Made by a program: the position numbers and the translations under genes
Shown here: positions 1 through 15,239 of the stretch, piece after piece
Layout: each line of letters starts with the position of its first letter
Position numbering within the stretch: the stretch's first letter is position 1
Notes under the pieces: generated by a model
Database searches by the model: none
What the model was told of the DNA's origin: nothing
The model's input: only the letters and a program-made list of their open reading frames with translations
NCBI RefSeq assembly: GCF_009914755.1
Contig: NC_060927.1
DNA: 64,000 nucleotides
Direction: 5' to 3' (one strand)
From: the human T2T-CHM13v2.0 reference genome, Homo sapiens

Positions 1-69
1 CTATTCGATCATTATAATTTCAATGAACTGTAGCATGACTTCAGCATTTTTGCTTATGATAGCAGCTGA

Positions 70-240
70 TAGTTATTGAGGTATTACTATGTATTCTTAT
101 TATCTCTATTTTATAGATGAGGAAACTGAAGCTGAAAGAACTTAAGTAATTTGTCCAAGGTCACTCAAACAGTGAAAGGCAAGGCTGGGGCTCAGACCTT
201 TGTCTATTAATTTCAAAGCCCTTGCTTTTCATCACTACAA
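70..240 (-). mobile_element. MIR SINE fragment
   Basis: Core 'ttttatagatgaggaaactgaagct...aagtaatttgtccaaggtcac' is typical of MIR. Confidence 0.7.
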
Positions 241-780
241 AATACCACCTTTTTTACCATCATTGTTAAGGACTAAGAATGAGATCACAGGCACCAAACC
301 TTATCTTTGTTTTTCAGGTACTATTTTCAAGGCTTCCAAGTCCTACATTCAAATGACTTTTTCAGTTAATTGTGTCTCATATGTGACTACAGTCATCCAG
401 GCATATGTACCATTTGACTGACATGAGACTACTTATGCCACCTTAGCTGGGGCAGAGTTTATATAAAGTTAGGATGGGAGGTAACAACAGCACAGTATGT
501 TTACATGTAGGAACTTCAAAGATAAGGCAATCCACATCTTGAGTCCTTCTTTCTCTTCCCTCTGGATTTTGCCTCTTCTAGGCTCTGATGCACTTTGTCC
601 ATTTCTCTTATTCTATTTGGCCAGAAAGGACTGGGCTCTGGGAAAGAAGCTCCAGCTCTCTCTGACTCTCACTGAGTCCACCTAGAAATTCTCTCACATT
701 CACACTTTCCACGAAAGAGCACAACCAAGAGAAACATGCCATTATTATATGGAAACAAAGTACCTATTAATAAAATAGTT

Positions 781-1160
<380 letters not shown>

Positions 1161-1163
1161 CTA

Positions 1164-1490
<327 letters not shown>

Positions 1491-2399
1491 CTATCAGAAG
1501 CCATCATTTCTAGGGATGACATTATCATTATAATTTAATAACATTATAATTAGAGAAATTAATGAGCACATCACATTGAATGTTTGCCTGTTGTAGGGAT
1601 GCCTCCAAAATTGAAGTGGAGGGCTGGTAGTTAGCCCTGTTATTTTAATGATGTGAGGCTTTCCATATCAGGTATATGTCAGAGAACCATCTGCGAAGGC
1701 ATCATAGAAATGTAGTGCATCTTACTGAAGTATTTTCTCCATGATTTTTATATTAAGACACAGGCATATTATGTAATGGAATAGAATACAAAATTAAGTT
1801 GAAATATTAAAATAAAGCAGTTAATTAAGACATTTTTTCACTTCTACCTCTCTTAGCTACTGGAAAAATTTGAGTTTATAATTAATCAATCTGGATATTT
1901 GAGACTTCAAAGTATGTGTGTGTATATTTATATATTTTTTTCCTTAAAGTAAGATTAATAAAGCTAAATTAATTCTTTTTAATTTCTTTTAACAGCACTA
2001 AATCAAAGCTAGAGTTGTTGATGCATGCAATGTGTGTGGTTTTTAAATTACTTTTGAATTTAAATAATCCCTGTGTTTTTTAATCCCTCACTAGTACAGA
2101 TACTTAACATTGAATGTTTGTATTCTAGTGAATGTCCATTAATAGTTGCTTAAAACTTTCTTTAAAATATCAGTGAGGTAAATAGCAATCTGGAAAAGAA
2201 AAGATGGAAAGAAAGTAAATTTGGTTTGAATTAATTTCTTGTGTTATCAACCTTAACTGAAGGCTTATATAGCCCAGTGGGATCTATTCATGGGCAACAT
2301 CATGTTGCCATTTGGCAGGACCCACTTAGATTCTGGCCTTTGGCAAGCCCCTCCACAACCAAGGCTCTTCCATTTGAATAAAAACTGCTCATCATCATG

Positions 2400-2428
2400 G
2401 GTGTGTGTGTGTGTGTGTGTGTGTGTGT
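2400..2428. repeat. (TG)n microsatellite
   Basis: About 14 GT units. Confidence 0.95.
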
Positions 2429-2664
2429 TGCCTTCTTTCATCTTATTGATCTTTGATACTTTACCAATTTCTACTCAACATTTGTGGGGCCTAGTAATCT
2501 GACTGAGGAATAAGTTTTGTCTTGTTTCCTCAGTTGTAAGCTCACTGGTAAAAGTGAGATATATTTTTCTTTCCCTTCTTTAAGACAAGAGCAGAGCTTG
2601 TGTGAGAGCTCTGGACTTTCACTGCTACAGAATTTAAAGATGTGGTTTTTCAAAAGTCTAAGGC

Positions 2665-2860
2665 CTGATGTTTCTTAAGTCTGAATATGCACAGGAATCT
2701 ACTGATGAACTTAGTGAAATGCAAACTCCTGGGACACAACTCCATTGATTCTGATTCTGTGGGTCTGGGGCAGGGCCCAGGTATCTGCATTATTAACCAA
2801 CACACTGGTGTGTTTTGATGAGATAGTCTGCTCTGGGGCCCTGGGTAACCTGTGTTGAAG
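2665..2860. mobile_element. MER5-like hAT-Charlie DNA transposon fossil
   Basis: 'aaatgcaaactcctggg...ttctgattctgtgggtctggggcagggcccag..atctgcatt'. Confidence 0.65.
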
Positions 2861-4879
2861 AGGCTCTAAGGTTGAAGATTAAGAGAGCTGCCCAATCCCA
2901 GAAGCAGTGGGATTCCTGATACCATGAGACAGAAAGGTAGAAAACTCGGTTTCCAGGTCATACCTGGAAGTGGCAGGACCTCTGCGGTGGAGGCTATATA
3001 GATTAAGCCTGAGTGCTGGGGCCAGGTACCATGGCCACTTGGCAATGGTCCTGGTGGCTGAGTTTGGGCAGAGTGAGCAGGTGTTGAAAATAAGAGTCAC
3101 CATTCTCTGGATTGATCAAGGAATTTCTATGATGAGAGTTTCCTCCTAGTCACTACCATATACCAATACACTGGGAATACCAATTTTCCTGAATTGTATA
3201 AACCCGAATTCCCAAAGAAGATAAAATTATTCACTAAAAAAATGACTGAGATGATGTTTCCCTGTCCATCCCCTGTCCTGGTGGGAGGGCTAAGCTAGAA
3301 GTTAGAAAAATAAAGTGTCATTATTTGCAGCCTGTGTGGAGCAGCAAAACTGTGAGTATACCCTCATTTTTTCTATTTGTTTTCACTTTCTAATTGTTTG
3401 TTGCCATTTCCCAATTTGTTAAAGCAAAATAGGAAAAGATTGGGAGAGACTTCATGGACACAGGTAGGCATGGGAAAAGGGCAAGACACTGGGGTGAACT
3501 CTGTCCCTAAACCCATAGCAAGGAATGCACAGAAAGAGTCTTAATAAATATATGTCTTAACAACAGCAAAATTGTTGCATCAAAGACTACTAAGTTTAAA
3601 AGCAGAGAGTCATTCAGTCCATATGACTGAGAGGAGGTCAATAAGAGTGCAATTTCAGTTAGGTACACAACTGCAGCTGCAAAGTCTACAGTACAAAGGT
3701 ACAATTCCACTCTGGTCCCACCGGAACCCTGGACCAATCAATCTCACAGAGACTTGTCTAAGCCCCAGGGTAAATTTTCTTAAGAGTCTGAACACACTTT
3801 TATTTCTGAGAGATTGATTTGATAATATTTGGAGACTTTACTCCATGCTTTACCATGTCCTATTGGTACACATCTTACATAGGCCAAAGTTAAAAGTTAG
3901 CCCTCAAATTCTTAAGGCTTCATTTAAATAAAATGTTTCTTTATATTTTCTGAATGTAAATACACTTTGGCATACATCATGTCCTATTTTGATAAACTAT
4001 AGCAGGCTTTGTCAAAATGATTTTATTGCATTGAAATGCTCCTGTATTAATCAGTTCCTAAAATAGGAAGAGCATTGCCATAAACAAATACCTAAGACCA
4101 AGACCAAGACCTATATTGCCTAGGCTTTGTAACTAATTTTTCTAGGCAAAGTTTTTTGGGGGGGTTAAAATTGCTTTTAAAATTATTGATCTGAAGGTAT
4201 AACATATCTAGGCGTTTTAACATCTGAAATTCCTTTTATACACATTGCAATATGCAAACTGCTTTTTGCATCTTGCCTTTTATTGTGAAAAAAACTGTCT
4301 TAACCAAACTGGAAAATATTTTACACTGTGTGACACTTTGGGAGAAGTCTATTTGTTTATGCTTTGTCTCCAAATAAACATTAAAAGGTCATTAGGGGCT
4401 CTCTATTTAATTTCGACAGCACAGCTTGAGGACAAAGGGCCAGTTACTGGAAGCTTGCAGGAAGTTTGCCAGTTAGATATTCAGCCACAAGAATCTATTA
4501 TAGCTGTTCTTTCAACCAAATAATTCACATTTAATTGTAGTTCTTCCTGTTGACAACTGTAGTATGTTCCTTTCTACTCATTACTGTAGACATATCTCCC
4601 TTCAAGTAATCAATCACATTCTCTCTTTTTAGCCCCTTATTTAAAAAAAGAAAAGCCCGCTCCTATAATTTCTGGTAGTCTTAGACCCAGAAATGAGTTT
4701 TTAATAGTAGCATAACTATTTTTTAGTATTGCTTTGGTAAGATATTAATAATGCTATTCCCTCCCATAAATTTAGAATTCACTCAAGTGATCTTGGTTTA
4801 TGCTTAGACGTGGTTCCCAAAACTTGGGTATTATAGGTGAAAAGTTTCTGGATTTTTGACTTCATTAATTGAGACATAT

Positions 4880-5352
4880 ATTTTTTATTGCTGCATAACA
4901 AATTATCACAAAGTAGGTTAAAACAACACCCATTTATAATCTCACTATTCTATGGGTCAGAGTCTGGCATGGTGTGGCTGGGTTCACTGCCTCAGGCATC
5001 ACCAAGCTGAAATCAAGGGGCTGCTGAGCTGAGTACTTATCTGAGGCTCTGTGGAGAAATCTGCCTAGCTCATTTGGGTTATTGCCAGAATTCAGTTCAG
5101 TGGGGTCATAGAATTAAAATCCTTGTTTGCTTGCTGGCTATGGGCCGAGAGCCTCTCCCAGTTTCTTAAGGTCACCCGTATGCCCTCCTAGGTGGCCCCT
5201 TTCATCTTCAAGTCAGCTTCAGTGTGTGGACTCTTCAGATAATCTCACTGACTAAAACATAAATCATGAGAGTGATGTCTCATCCTGTTCACAGGTTCTG
5301 GAGATTTAGGATAGGATTTCTTCTGGGAGCCACTTTGGAAATGCTGCCTACC
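4880..5352 (-). mobile_element. MLT1-type MaLR LTR
   Basis: 'tattgctgcataacaaattatcacaaa...ttaaaacaacacccatttat..tctcac..ttctatgggtcag' is an MLT1 signature. Confidence 0.7.
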
Positions 5353-5656
5353 ATAAACAAGAATCATAAGGAAAACAGTCAAAAATTAACTGCTGCAAGA
5401 ATATGGCAGAGACTCAACCTAGGTATATATAACACAAATTCAAGTGATTTGCCGGTTCTAACCAGCCTTCCTCCACTGGCGCAGCATGAATGCAGTACCT
5501 AGTGAATTTTCTTTTGTCTGTGTTCTCAGGAGAAATAGGAACTTGATAATAAATGGAATTTGGTCAGTGTGAAATGTTAGTCACTTAATTAGCTCTTCCA
5601 TACAAGCTGTCTTGTGTGAAGTGTTTGGAAGTGTACTGCACTAGCTATTGCTTGCT

Positions 5657-5953
5657 TTTTTTTTTTTTTTTTTGAGATGGAATCTTGCTCTGTCGCCCAG
5701 GCTATAATGTAACGGCGTGATCTCGGCTCACTGCAACCTCCACCTCCTGGGTTCAAGCAACTCTCCTGCCTTGGCCTCCTGAGTAGCTGGGACTACAGGC
5801 GCACGCCACCACACCTAGCTAATTTTTGTATTTTTAGTAGAGACGGGATTTCACCATGTTGGCCAGGCTGGTCTCAAACTCCTGACCTTGTGATCCACCT
5901 GCCTTGGCCTCCCAAAGTGCTGGGATTACAGGTGTGAGCCACCACGCCCAGCC
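5657..5953 (-). mobile_element. Alu (S family)
   Basis: Antisense Alu with polyT; TSD ctattgcttgct at 5645-5656 and 5954-5965. Confidence 0.95.
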
Positions 5954-6077
5954 CTATTGCTTGCTATTTTTTATTTGGCAACCTTGGAGAATGAGTCATT
6001 TAAAGTAAATTTTCCAGAAAATTTTAGCTAGTAATTGTACCTATTTAAGAATCATTTAAAAATTTAAAAATCATTTT

Positions 6078-6432
6078 TGAAGGGATGCTATATAACTTGG
6101 GAGGCCACTAGGCTGAGACAACATCAGCGCCTTGGGTTCCTACGTAAGCAAACCAAAACCCAATTCAATGTAGTAAACAGTAAAATGAAACTTCGAATCT
6201 GTAACTAGAGACTTTACCAATCAGAAGCCGCCAACTAACATCTAACTAGGGAGTCTCCACTTTAACCAGTCTAATATCTATTTCTTAGTCTGAGAATACG
6301 TTATAAAAGTTTCCTCCCTGCCCAGAGGAGCATTGACAGAACTGCTTGTGGTCTTAGGGCACCCAATTGCTGTGGCTGAATGCTTGAATAAACTTGTTAA
6401 ACTTTCAATATGCCCAAGTTTATCTTTTAATA
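6078..6432 (+). mobile_element. ERV1-class solo LTR (MER34/MER39-like)
   Basis: tgaaggg start, 'ggttcctacgtaagcaaaccaaaacccaa', CCAAT box, TATAAAA, AATAAA near the end. Confidence 0.55.
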
Positions 6433-8087
6433 GGGGTAAAATGAATGCCATTAGTGCAAGCTTTTTCTTTAAAAATATTTTATTTGCTTCCCTGTTTTCC
6501 TAAACAGCGGATATAATGGAAAAAAAGTAACTTTTTTGATAACAATAGTGAAATGAACACTTATTGAATACTTATTATATCCTGATCACTCAAGATCATA
6601 ATTATAGTAATTATGATTACCGTAAGGTGGAATGTTCTTTGTTGTCTAGTTTTTTGGTCAGGATTTGAGCTGTTATTTCTTCTTGGTCATTAGGCCTGCT
6701 TATAGTGACATCTTCACTGTACCATTTGTTTTGGAAACCTCTAATGGAATGAAAAACCCGGTAATAATGTTTGTAAGAACTGTATGTTAAGAAAGTTGCC
6801 AAGCCTGAGTGAGAGCCTATGAAGTCAAGTATAAAAGAGTTTTGTGATGGCCGTTCGTATGCTTAAAAAAATTTTCACTTATTTCCAGCTTCCTAGAGGT
6901 CATCAGAAAAAAAAGTAATCTGAAGATAAGAGAATTACTATAATTTTTGCTATTATATAGTCAATTAATTCAGTAAATAATTAACTAATGCCTACTATGG
7001 ACCCAGAACACACTATTGTGTTTACTAATTGTTTTTATATGTATGTCATTTATTTTAATTTGAATATATATAACTTAGGATCAGGAATTATCTCTTATAA
7101 AGTCTTTAACTACTTACTGATGTGTTGAAGTGACAGATAAGGCACTGACCCAAGTAAATAGCAGTACTGAGTATAAGGAAATTATTTTCCACTTCACTCT
7201 TTTAGAAATAAATATTATTGGCATTAATACCAGAGAAGTAAACTTTATTTTTTTAGTCCCCCCCAAAACCTATACATTTTTCTCTTTTAATATCTGCCAG
7301 TGTTTTCAGTTGCACTAACCCTGCATATAATCCCCTCAGGTGACTTTTCTATCTTATTCTGTTACCTGATTTGTTCTATAGCATGAATCTCTCCACATGA
7401 GGAGCAAGGAAAAGTTTTTACAATACAGTCTATGATTTTTCCTATCTTCCTATGTATCTTTTATTTACTCATTTAAACTTATTCAGAAATATTTATTTAG
7501 TGTCTCCTATATTCTAGGTACTAGTGACCAAGCACTAGTACTTGCATATGCATATACTAGTACTCTCAATGCATATTTTCCTGTTCATCATCCCAGACCT
7601 TCAAGATCAACATTCAGCTTAAACTCGATTCTTTACCTAAAATTCATATTACACTCTTTCACATCTTATTCTTCAGCCCATTTATTTCCACTCCTTTTTA
7701 GTCATCATACGATAAGGAGTGCCAACCATGTCTTGTGATACTCCATCATCCTTCACTGACTGGGCTAAACATGCTGCAAATCTGGGACAAAGAAGGGACC
7801 AAAAGGTTGCTATCTGCACACATCTATGCAAAAAGTTTAGCATAGTATTGGCAAAATTGCTGAAGCTGTATTCAAAATTCACTGGTAAGATATATGGGGG
7901 AAAAAAATCACAGAGAAAGCAGTCCCACCTAGAGTTTGCAAAACTGTAGCATATTGTTGAAGCCAGAGGAGATGTTAAAGTCACAGGACAATAACAAAAA
8001 GAGAGGTGGACTTTGCAACTAGAAGATGCTCCATTTTTCCTTTTAAGGAGCCTTAAGTATCTCTATTAAGTATACTTTTTAAGTAAC

Positions 8088-8794
8088 TGATATGGTTTGG
8101 CTGTGTCCCCACCCAAATCTCACCTTGAATTGTAATAATCCCCACATGTCAAGGGAGGGGGCCAGGTGGAGGTAACTGAATCATGGATGTGGTTTCCCCC
8201 ATATTGTTCTCATGGTAGTGAATAAGTCTCATGAGATCTGATGGTTTTATAAATGAGAGTTCCCCTGCACAAGCTCTTTCTTGGCTGCTGCCATGTAAGA
8301 CGTGCCTTTGCTCCTCCTTTGCCTTCTGCCATGATTGTGAGGCCTTCCCAGCCATGTGGAACTGTAAGTTCATTAAACCTCTTTTTCTTTATAAATTACC
8401 CAGTCTTGAGTATGTCTTTATTAGCAGTGTAAGAACAGACTAATACAGTAAATTGGTACCTGGAGTGGGGCACTACTGTAAAGGTACCCAAAAATGTGAA
8501 AGTGACTTTGGAATTGGGTAGCAGGCAGAGGCTGGAATAGTTTGGAGGGCTCAGAAGAAGATAGCAAGATGTGGGAAAGTTTGGAACTTCCTAGAGACTT
8601 GGAGGGCTCAGATGACAGGAAGGTATGGGAAAGTTTGCAATGTAAGACATGCCTTTGCTCCTCCTTTGCCTTCCACCATGATTGTGAGGCCTCCCCAGTC
8701 ATGTGGAACTGTGAGTCCATTAAACCTCTTTTTCTTTATAAATTACTCAGTCTTGAGTATGTCTCTATTAGCAGCATAAGAAGAGACTAATATA
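8088..8794 (+). mobile_element. Internally deleted THE1/MST MaLR element (LTR, about 190 bp internal, partial LTR)
   Basis: tgatatggtttggctgtgtccccacccaaatctc LTR at 8088-8447; internal start gtaaattggtacc; second LTR 3' part at about 8639-8794; flanks gtaac/gtcac. Confidence 0.9.
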
Positions 8795-10401
8795 GTCACA
8801 ATGGGGTAAACAGGCTTATACTCATTGGGTAGCTTCCCTGGCACAGACAGGCCACAGAAGTAATTAAAAACAAAGGAATTTCCTCCGCCCCCATTCACCA
8901 AATTCTAAACAAACTCCTTCACTCTTCTACTCCCTGATTTTTAGAATTAAAGATTTTTTTTTGAAGCATATTCAGGGCAATGTCTTGCACTTAGTTTATG
9001 CCTGATAAAGCTGATTTGATTTTTGATCACGAACAATGGCAGAGTGGTGGTGAGTGGGGGCATAGAGAAGGATAGTATTTTTATTTTTTTAATGTGTCTG
9101 ACTTTTTCCTTGGAAATAAAAACCACATATAATTTATATTATATTTAATCAAGAAAATACTGAATCCATGCAAAATAATGTTTCTGGTGAAGCTGTAAAA
9201 ATATGTCATATTCCTTAGAAGATAATACCACCTTAAAACCAGGTTAAAAAAAGAAATAATTACAAGATGTATTAGTTTTATTTACAACCACTTATCTTCA
9301 GGTCAGAAACTTTCCTTATTGTATATTATTAAATTCATAATATAATAACTGGATATTAGTATCTGTTATGTATTTATTTTTATGGTGAAAAATTTCAACT
9401 TTACATAATGTTAAAGAAAATAGTATATACTCATCAATAAGATTCAATAATTACAAACTTCGGCATCCTTATTTAGCTGTTTTTTAAAGATATAATCTTG
9501 GCAGCTGATGGTCATTGGGCTTGTTTGTGTTTTATTACCACTGAAATACATTTTAATGTAGTGAATATTGATTTTGAATTCCAAGTTCCCATTTGGTGGT
9601 TAATGTTTAATTAACATCATTAAAAGTGAAGACCTCAGTATAGATACACTTCTGTACAAAAAACTTCAAGGAGAACTAAACTTTTTGTTTTACTGTGTAG
9701 TGAATATTGCTTTCAATAAGGGGATTTTCCAACTGAAAAATGAAGACATTTAAGTTACATGGAGCTTTTTGAGGACCATCCTAATAAGTACCTGACATTT
9801 TTTTATGCACATATGTGCCAAGCATTGTACTAAGAGCTTTACATGCACCCGCTCTTTAAATAACCCTATGAGCTATGCTTATTATCCTCATTTTACAAAT
9901 TAGGACCCTGAAGCTGTGAAAGATTAACCTACTTAACTGTCTGGAGTCTCTCAATAAATATCAGGCAGGATCTTATTTGCTAAAATTGTATTTTATTTCT
10001 ATAAGTGATGTTTTGAAAGATATAAAAAAATTTTATGCCTATCATGAATAACCATTAAATGGTGCAATAAACATAACATTGTATACAGTAATTGTTTAAA
10101 TGAAATAACTTCTGCATAAACACATAAAAAGACAGATTCCTAATCGGAGATGCAGTTACGACCATGGGAGGTAGTAAGATGTGAACACAGATCCCCAGGA
10201 ACAACAGGAAAGAAGCAGGGTAGTCCACCAAATAAAAAATATACAGGAATATAAAGGAGATTGATTCAAGTGTCTTGGGTTTCAAGCCCACATTTTGCAG
10301 TTTCTGTATATAAGAAATTTTAAAAATATTTCATCTTATTGGCTCTATCCTTTAAAAATAATTTAAAATTTTGGTCTATAAACAATAAAAATAGTGACTT
10401 A

Positions 10402-10720
<319 letters not shown>

Positions 10721-10980
10721 CCAAAAAAACAGTTCTTGGTTGCCAGGCTTCTCTGACTGAAAATAAAAAGTCAACAGTTATTGTTGGAGGCATTAGGGTG
10801 TGCATAACTCTGTGCCTTTTTCCATTCATCGTGTAAATTCCAGGAGGGCAGAGAACGTGTCTAAATGCTCCCTTTGTTCCTCTGACAATATGTCACAGCA
10901 CAGTGTCCTGCAACAGTGCACTTTTAGTAAATCAGGATAAGAATTATGTAAAATGAATCAAAACATGTAGCTTTTTACTA

Positions 10981-11322
10981 CAGTCGTTCTTAATGACAGG
11001 GATACGTTCTGAGAAATGCATTGTTAGGCTATTTTGTCATTGTGTGACTATCACAGAGTGTACTTACACAGACTTATATGATATAGCCTACTATACATCT
11101 AGGTAGGCTATATGGTATACCTATTGCTCCTAGGCTACAAACCTGTACAGTCTATAACTATGCTGAATGCTATAGACAATTGTAACACAATGATATTTCT
11201 GTATCTATACATATGCAAACATAGAAAATGTACAGTAAAAATATGTTATTATAATCTTATGGGACCACCATCACATATGCAGTTTGTCATTTACTCAAAC
11301 ATTATTATGTGGTGCATGACTA
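10981..11322 (+). mobile_element. Tigger3a/MER7-like TcMar DNA transposon
   Basis: 'cagtc...ttaatgacagggatacgttctgagaaatgc...ctcctaggctacaaacctgtacag...gtgcatgacta'. Confidence 0.85.
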
Positions 11323-11889
11323 TTTCTAAAAGTCTAACAAATGATTAATTGCAGCTTTATGATATGAAACATGATATCTAGCATGCCAAATTTAAGTAAA
11401 CAAAAATAAGAATTTAATTTGGAAGAATTTATCTGTTTTATGAGCTTGGACCAAATCTGCATAAAAACTTTACCAGATCATTCTGTATTGCTATATGCAA
11501 ATAACTAGCAGAGCCTAACAGGGGCTAATAACTTTGTTTTAATCATCAAATAAACAAACCATAACTAAACCTGTCTTCAGAGGCAAAGATTAGTCTTAGT
11601 AAATAGAAAGTACCCCAGTTTATCATTAGACTGAAATTTCTCTCTTTGAAGTGGATATGAATTTTAAGGTGGAAGACTTTTTCTTAAAACCCTGTTTTTA
11701 GTCAGGAAGTATATGTCTAAAAGTATGAAATGGCTTTTTTTTTTTAGCTGAAGAAAATCCTGATAACAGTTGACACTTTGTGTTAGTATAATTTTTTTTC
11801 TCTCAAATACCTCAAAACGTTGTGTATTTGCTGAAGGCCACTTGTTGAAATAGATTGGTATAGAAGAAAGCATGCGATATTTGAACAAT

Positions 11890-12140
11890 TCCTTCATTTA
11901 GGAAATATTATTGAATGAGCCAAGTTCTGTTCTACTCACTGGGAATACAGCAGTCTGTGCCAAGTTCTGTTCTACTCACTGGGAATACCGCAGAGAACAA
12001 AACACCTACCATCATGCAACTTACATTCTACTTGGGGAAACTGAAAATATAAAAATGAAAAATGAAATACACAATATTAGTGGTGAATGCTATGGAGAAA
12101 AATAAAGCAGAGAAGGAGAATAAGGAGTGCTAGGGAAAAA
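11890..12140. mobile_element. L2 fragment containing a 40-bp tandem duplication
   Basis: L2-like 'aaatattattgaa...gggaatacagca...cttacattcta'; duplicated gccaagttctgttctactcactgggaatac. Confidence 0.6.
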
Positions 12141-12973
12141 TCTGATGCTACCAAATGACCTCAAGTAAGATACTTCAGCCCAGCTTCAGTTTCCTCATCT
12201 GAAAATCTCAGGTTAATTGAAATGACCTATGTTAAGGCAGACAGTGGAGGAGCTTCTCTCACCAGCTGGTAATAATCTTAACTAAATGGCTTGGTACAGA
12301 AAACTGAATCATGTTGCCCAGGATGCCCCAAGGCCTCCTTCTAGGACTGCCTTGAACAATTGTGCCGTCATGTCCACTGAGAGGACTGACGAAGGACTAA
12401 AATCTTGCTCAGATGCCACCGGCCATACCCTGTGCCTTGCAAGAAGCTGCTTTTCCCCTAATGGTCCACACAGACGGGGGGCATCTTTCAGCCGTTTATC
12501 CTCCCCAGGGCATGGGGAAGGGGGACAGTTCTTTTTCTAATTGGCATGAAGCCACGATGTGAACCAGCAGCTGTCTCAGCCATTTGCTTTTCATTTTTCA
12601 CTCAGTGCTCAAACTCAGCCCCAATCTTGTGCATGGAAAGATGTTGATCAGAGCACCGTAACCATGCCCAGAGTCACTTGTTTCAGCAAATTGTACCAAC
12701 CAACCATCCAACAAACAAACCTGTTCAAATAGTTGCTGAGGGTTCCAGAATGTATGCATAGCACACCCCTCATATTGGTGGTGAAATGAAATGGTTAAAC
12801 AGTAACACTGTGACCAGTGCCCTTGTGAACGTTTTATGGTGTAATGCAAAAAAGGTCATGCAGTCCATATTTCTGTTCTGTTTTGTGGTAGTTACTCTTC
12901 TCATCAAAAAGCATGTGGCAGGAAGTTGGGAGAATTCTCTGAGCCTTAGGACTATTTAAATAGGAGGGAGAGG

Positions 12974-13389
<416 letters not shown>

Positions 13390-14079
13390 TCATTACAGTG
13401 ATTCCAGAGATAGTACTTAAAAATGAACTTTGGATAATGTTCCAATTGAGAGTTTTCTGTACTCAAGAAATGTACCACAACAGCACAGACTGGGGTTAGA
13501 CAAGAAGGAGCAGAGGGGCACCAGAAGAAGCCTAGGAAACTTAGAGCATTGCAAGAAAGAGAAGAATCTAGACTGCCAAACAGCCTGTCCTCTTAGCTGT
13601 GCTTGTCAAAAGGTTTTTACCTCAGAATCCCAGGGTATATCTTGGTTATAAACAACTAGTATATGTCTAAGTTAACAGCTTAGTAACCTGAGTACAGTTA
13701 TGTAGCAGAAGTTTTAATCATTTTCCACATTTTCTTTTTTTGTCGTCTTAAGGATTTCTGGACTGGGTGAATCTTATCTGCATTTGGCAATCATGATTCT
13801 GAGACTGTGAGTGGCTAACGTCAAGGAAGCAGCCTCCTTTACAGAATAACCCTTCTGTTTATTTCTGTCTGGCAGGATGCAATCTCTCTTTACTGCCGCT
13901 ATTCCTGTATATACCTTCTAGTTTCATTTTTTGCTGACCCTTGAGAACTGGCTCTTAACCCCTACTCCATGCCAACAGAATTATTAGGAAATCATCAAGA
14001 ACTGTCCTTCACTTTGTGACAGCAGGAGACTCTAAGTACAAAATAGCAGGTCACTCTGACTATGACCAATCGGACAGAT

Positions 14080-14155
14080 AACCACGCTGCTTTCTTTTTC
14101 ACAGGAAATTGTGTAACTCTGGAATTTTAGAGGTGAGTGTGGTCACGTACAGACT
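14080..14155 (-). promoter_or_regulatory. CP: CP hypoxia/iron-deficiency response element (HIF site)
   Basis: Minus strand reads TCTGTACGTGACCACACTCACCTC (TACGTG at 14144-14149), about 3.6 kb upstream of the CP ATG, matching the CP HRE as I recall it; second RCGTG core at 14083-14087. Confidence 0.85.
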
Positions 14156-15239
14156 TTGCTAATGAGTACACTGACTTGCCCTAGCACAGTGTGAGCATTG
14201 CTGATCCTATTCTCCCCTATCAGTCAGGTCATGACTATTTAGGAAATGATCTCTCAGATAGGTCTTCAGTCATGCCACCATCCCCCTTTGGCTGCCCATT
14301 AATGGGTCACGGCCCTATTCATCAGCTCCTGGGATGTAAAATGGTCTCAGGCAAGGGAAGAGAGAAAGCCCAGACTCTAACATACAGAAAGCCTTAACAT
14401 ACAGTAGTACTATGGGAAAGAGACTTTAAAAAAAATGGCATAAGTATTTAGCTGAATCCTTCATGCTTGTTCTCTCACTACCTTGACTGTTATAGAAATC
14501 AAAGCATGTGATTTATCAAAAATGAAATAGAACCACAATAATATAATTATAATTTTTAAGAAGATTAAAGAACAACCCTTTTTAAAGGAATAACTTAATT
14601 CACTACTTTGACTACATAGAAATTTAATGCATGACTTTCTTGAAACGCTCTTCTCTCATAACACCCCTGGCCCATTTTCTCCTGTTTTGACACCATGTGA
14701 GGGTTATATACACTGCATAGCTCTCAACACTCTGATTTGTGTCCTGGTCTTAATTTACAAAAGGTGACTGCGTGACAATTCTGAGAGGCCAATGCCAATG
14801 AGAGAAAAGTTTACTGCTACTCATGATGGCGCCCCTGGAAGCAGAAGACACAGCACGCTATAGAGGGCCATGTGGGAAAGCACTGGAGTAGCTCCAGGCC
14901 GGGCTTGCCAGTCTCTCTGCACTCTGGAAGGAGTTTGCCTGGGTTGGGGTTGTCCCTTGGTAGATTCCAAACCTTCATTTTGTCAATTTACTTAAAGGTG
15001 ACTGGGTTTAAAGGGGCTGACTGATTGTAAATAACTTGGAGAATAAATCAATATTCATTAATAAAGTTAAATAATTCACGTAAAATTAAAGTATAATAGG
15101 CATAATTTATATTATTGGTTTTTTTTTCAATTTAGGGGCATTCGCTCCTTCTTTATAGATTCACTCAGAAAATTGTATTATGGAACACAGTTTCATTCAT
15201 AAGTATAGAGTTTGAGCGAAAGGGTAGATATTCTTTTCT

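Noticed and set aside
14820-14872. CTCF-like stretches gcgcccctggaa and gctatagagggc
   Set aside because: Both deviate from the core spacing; too weak to call without data
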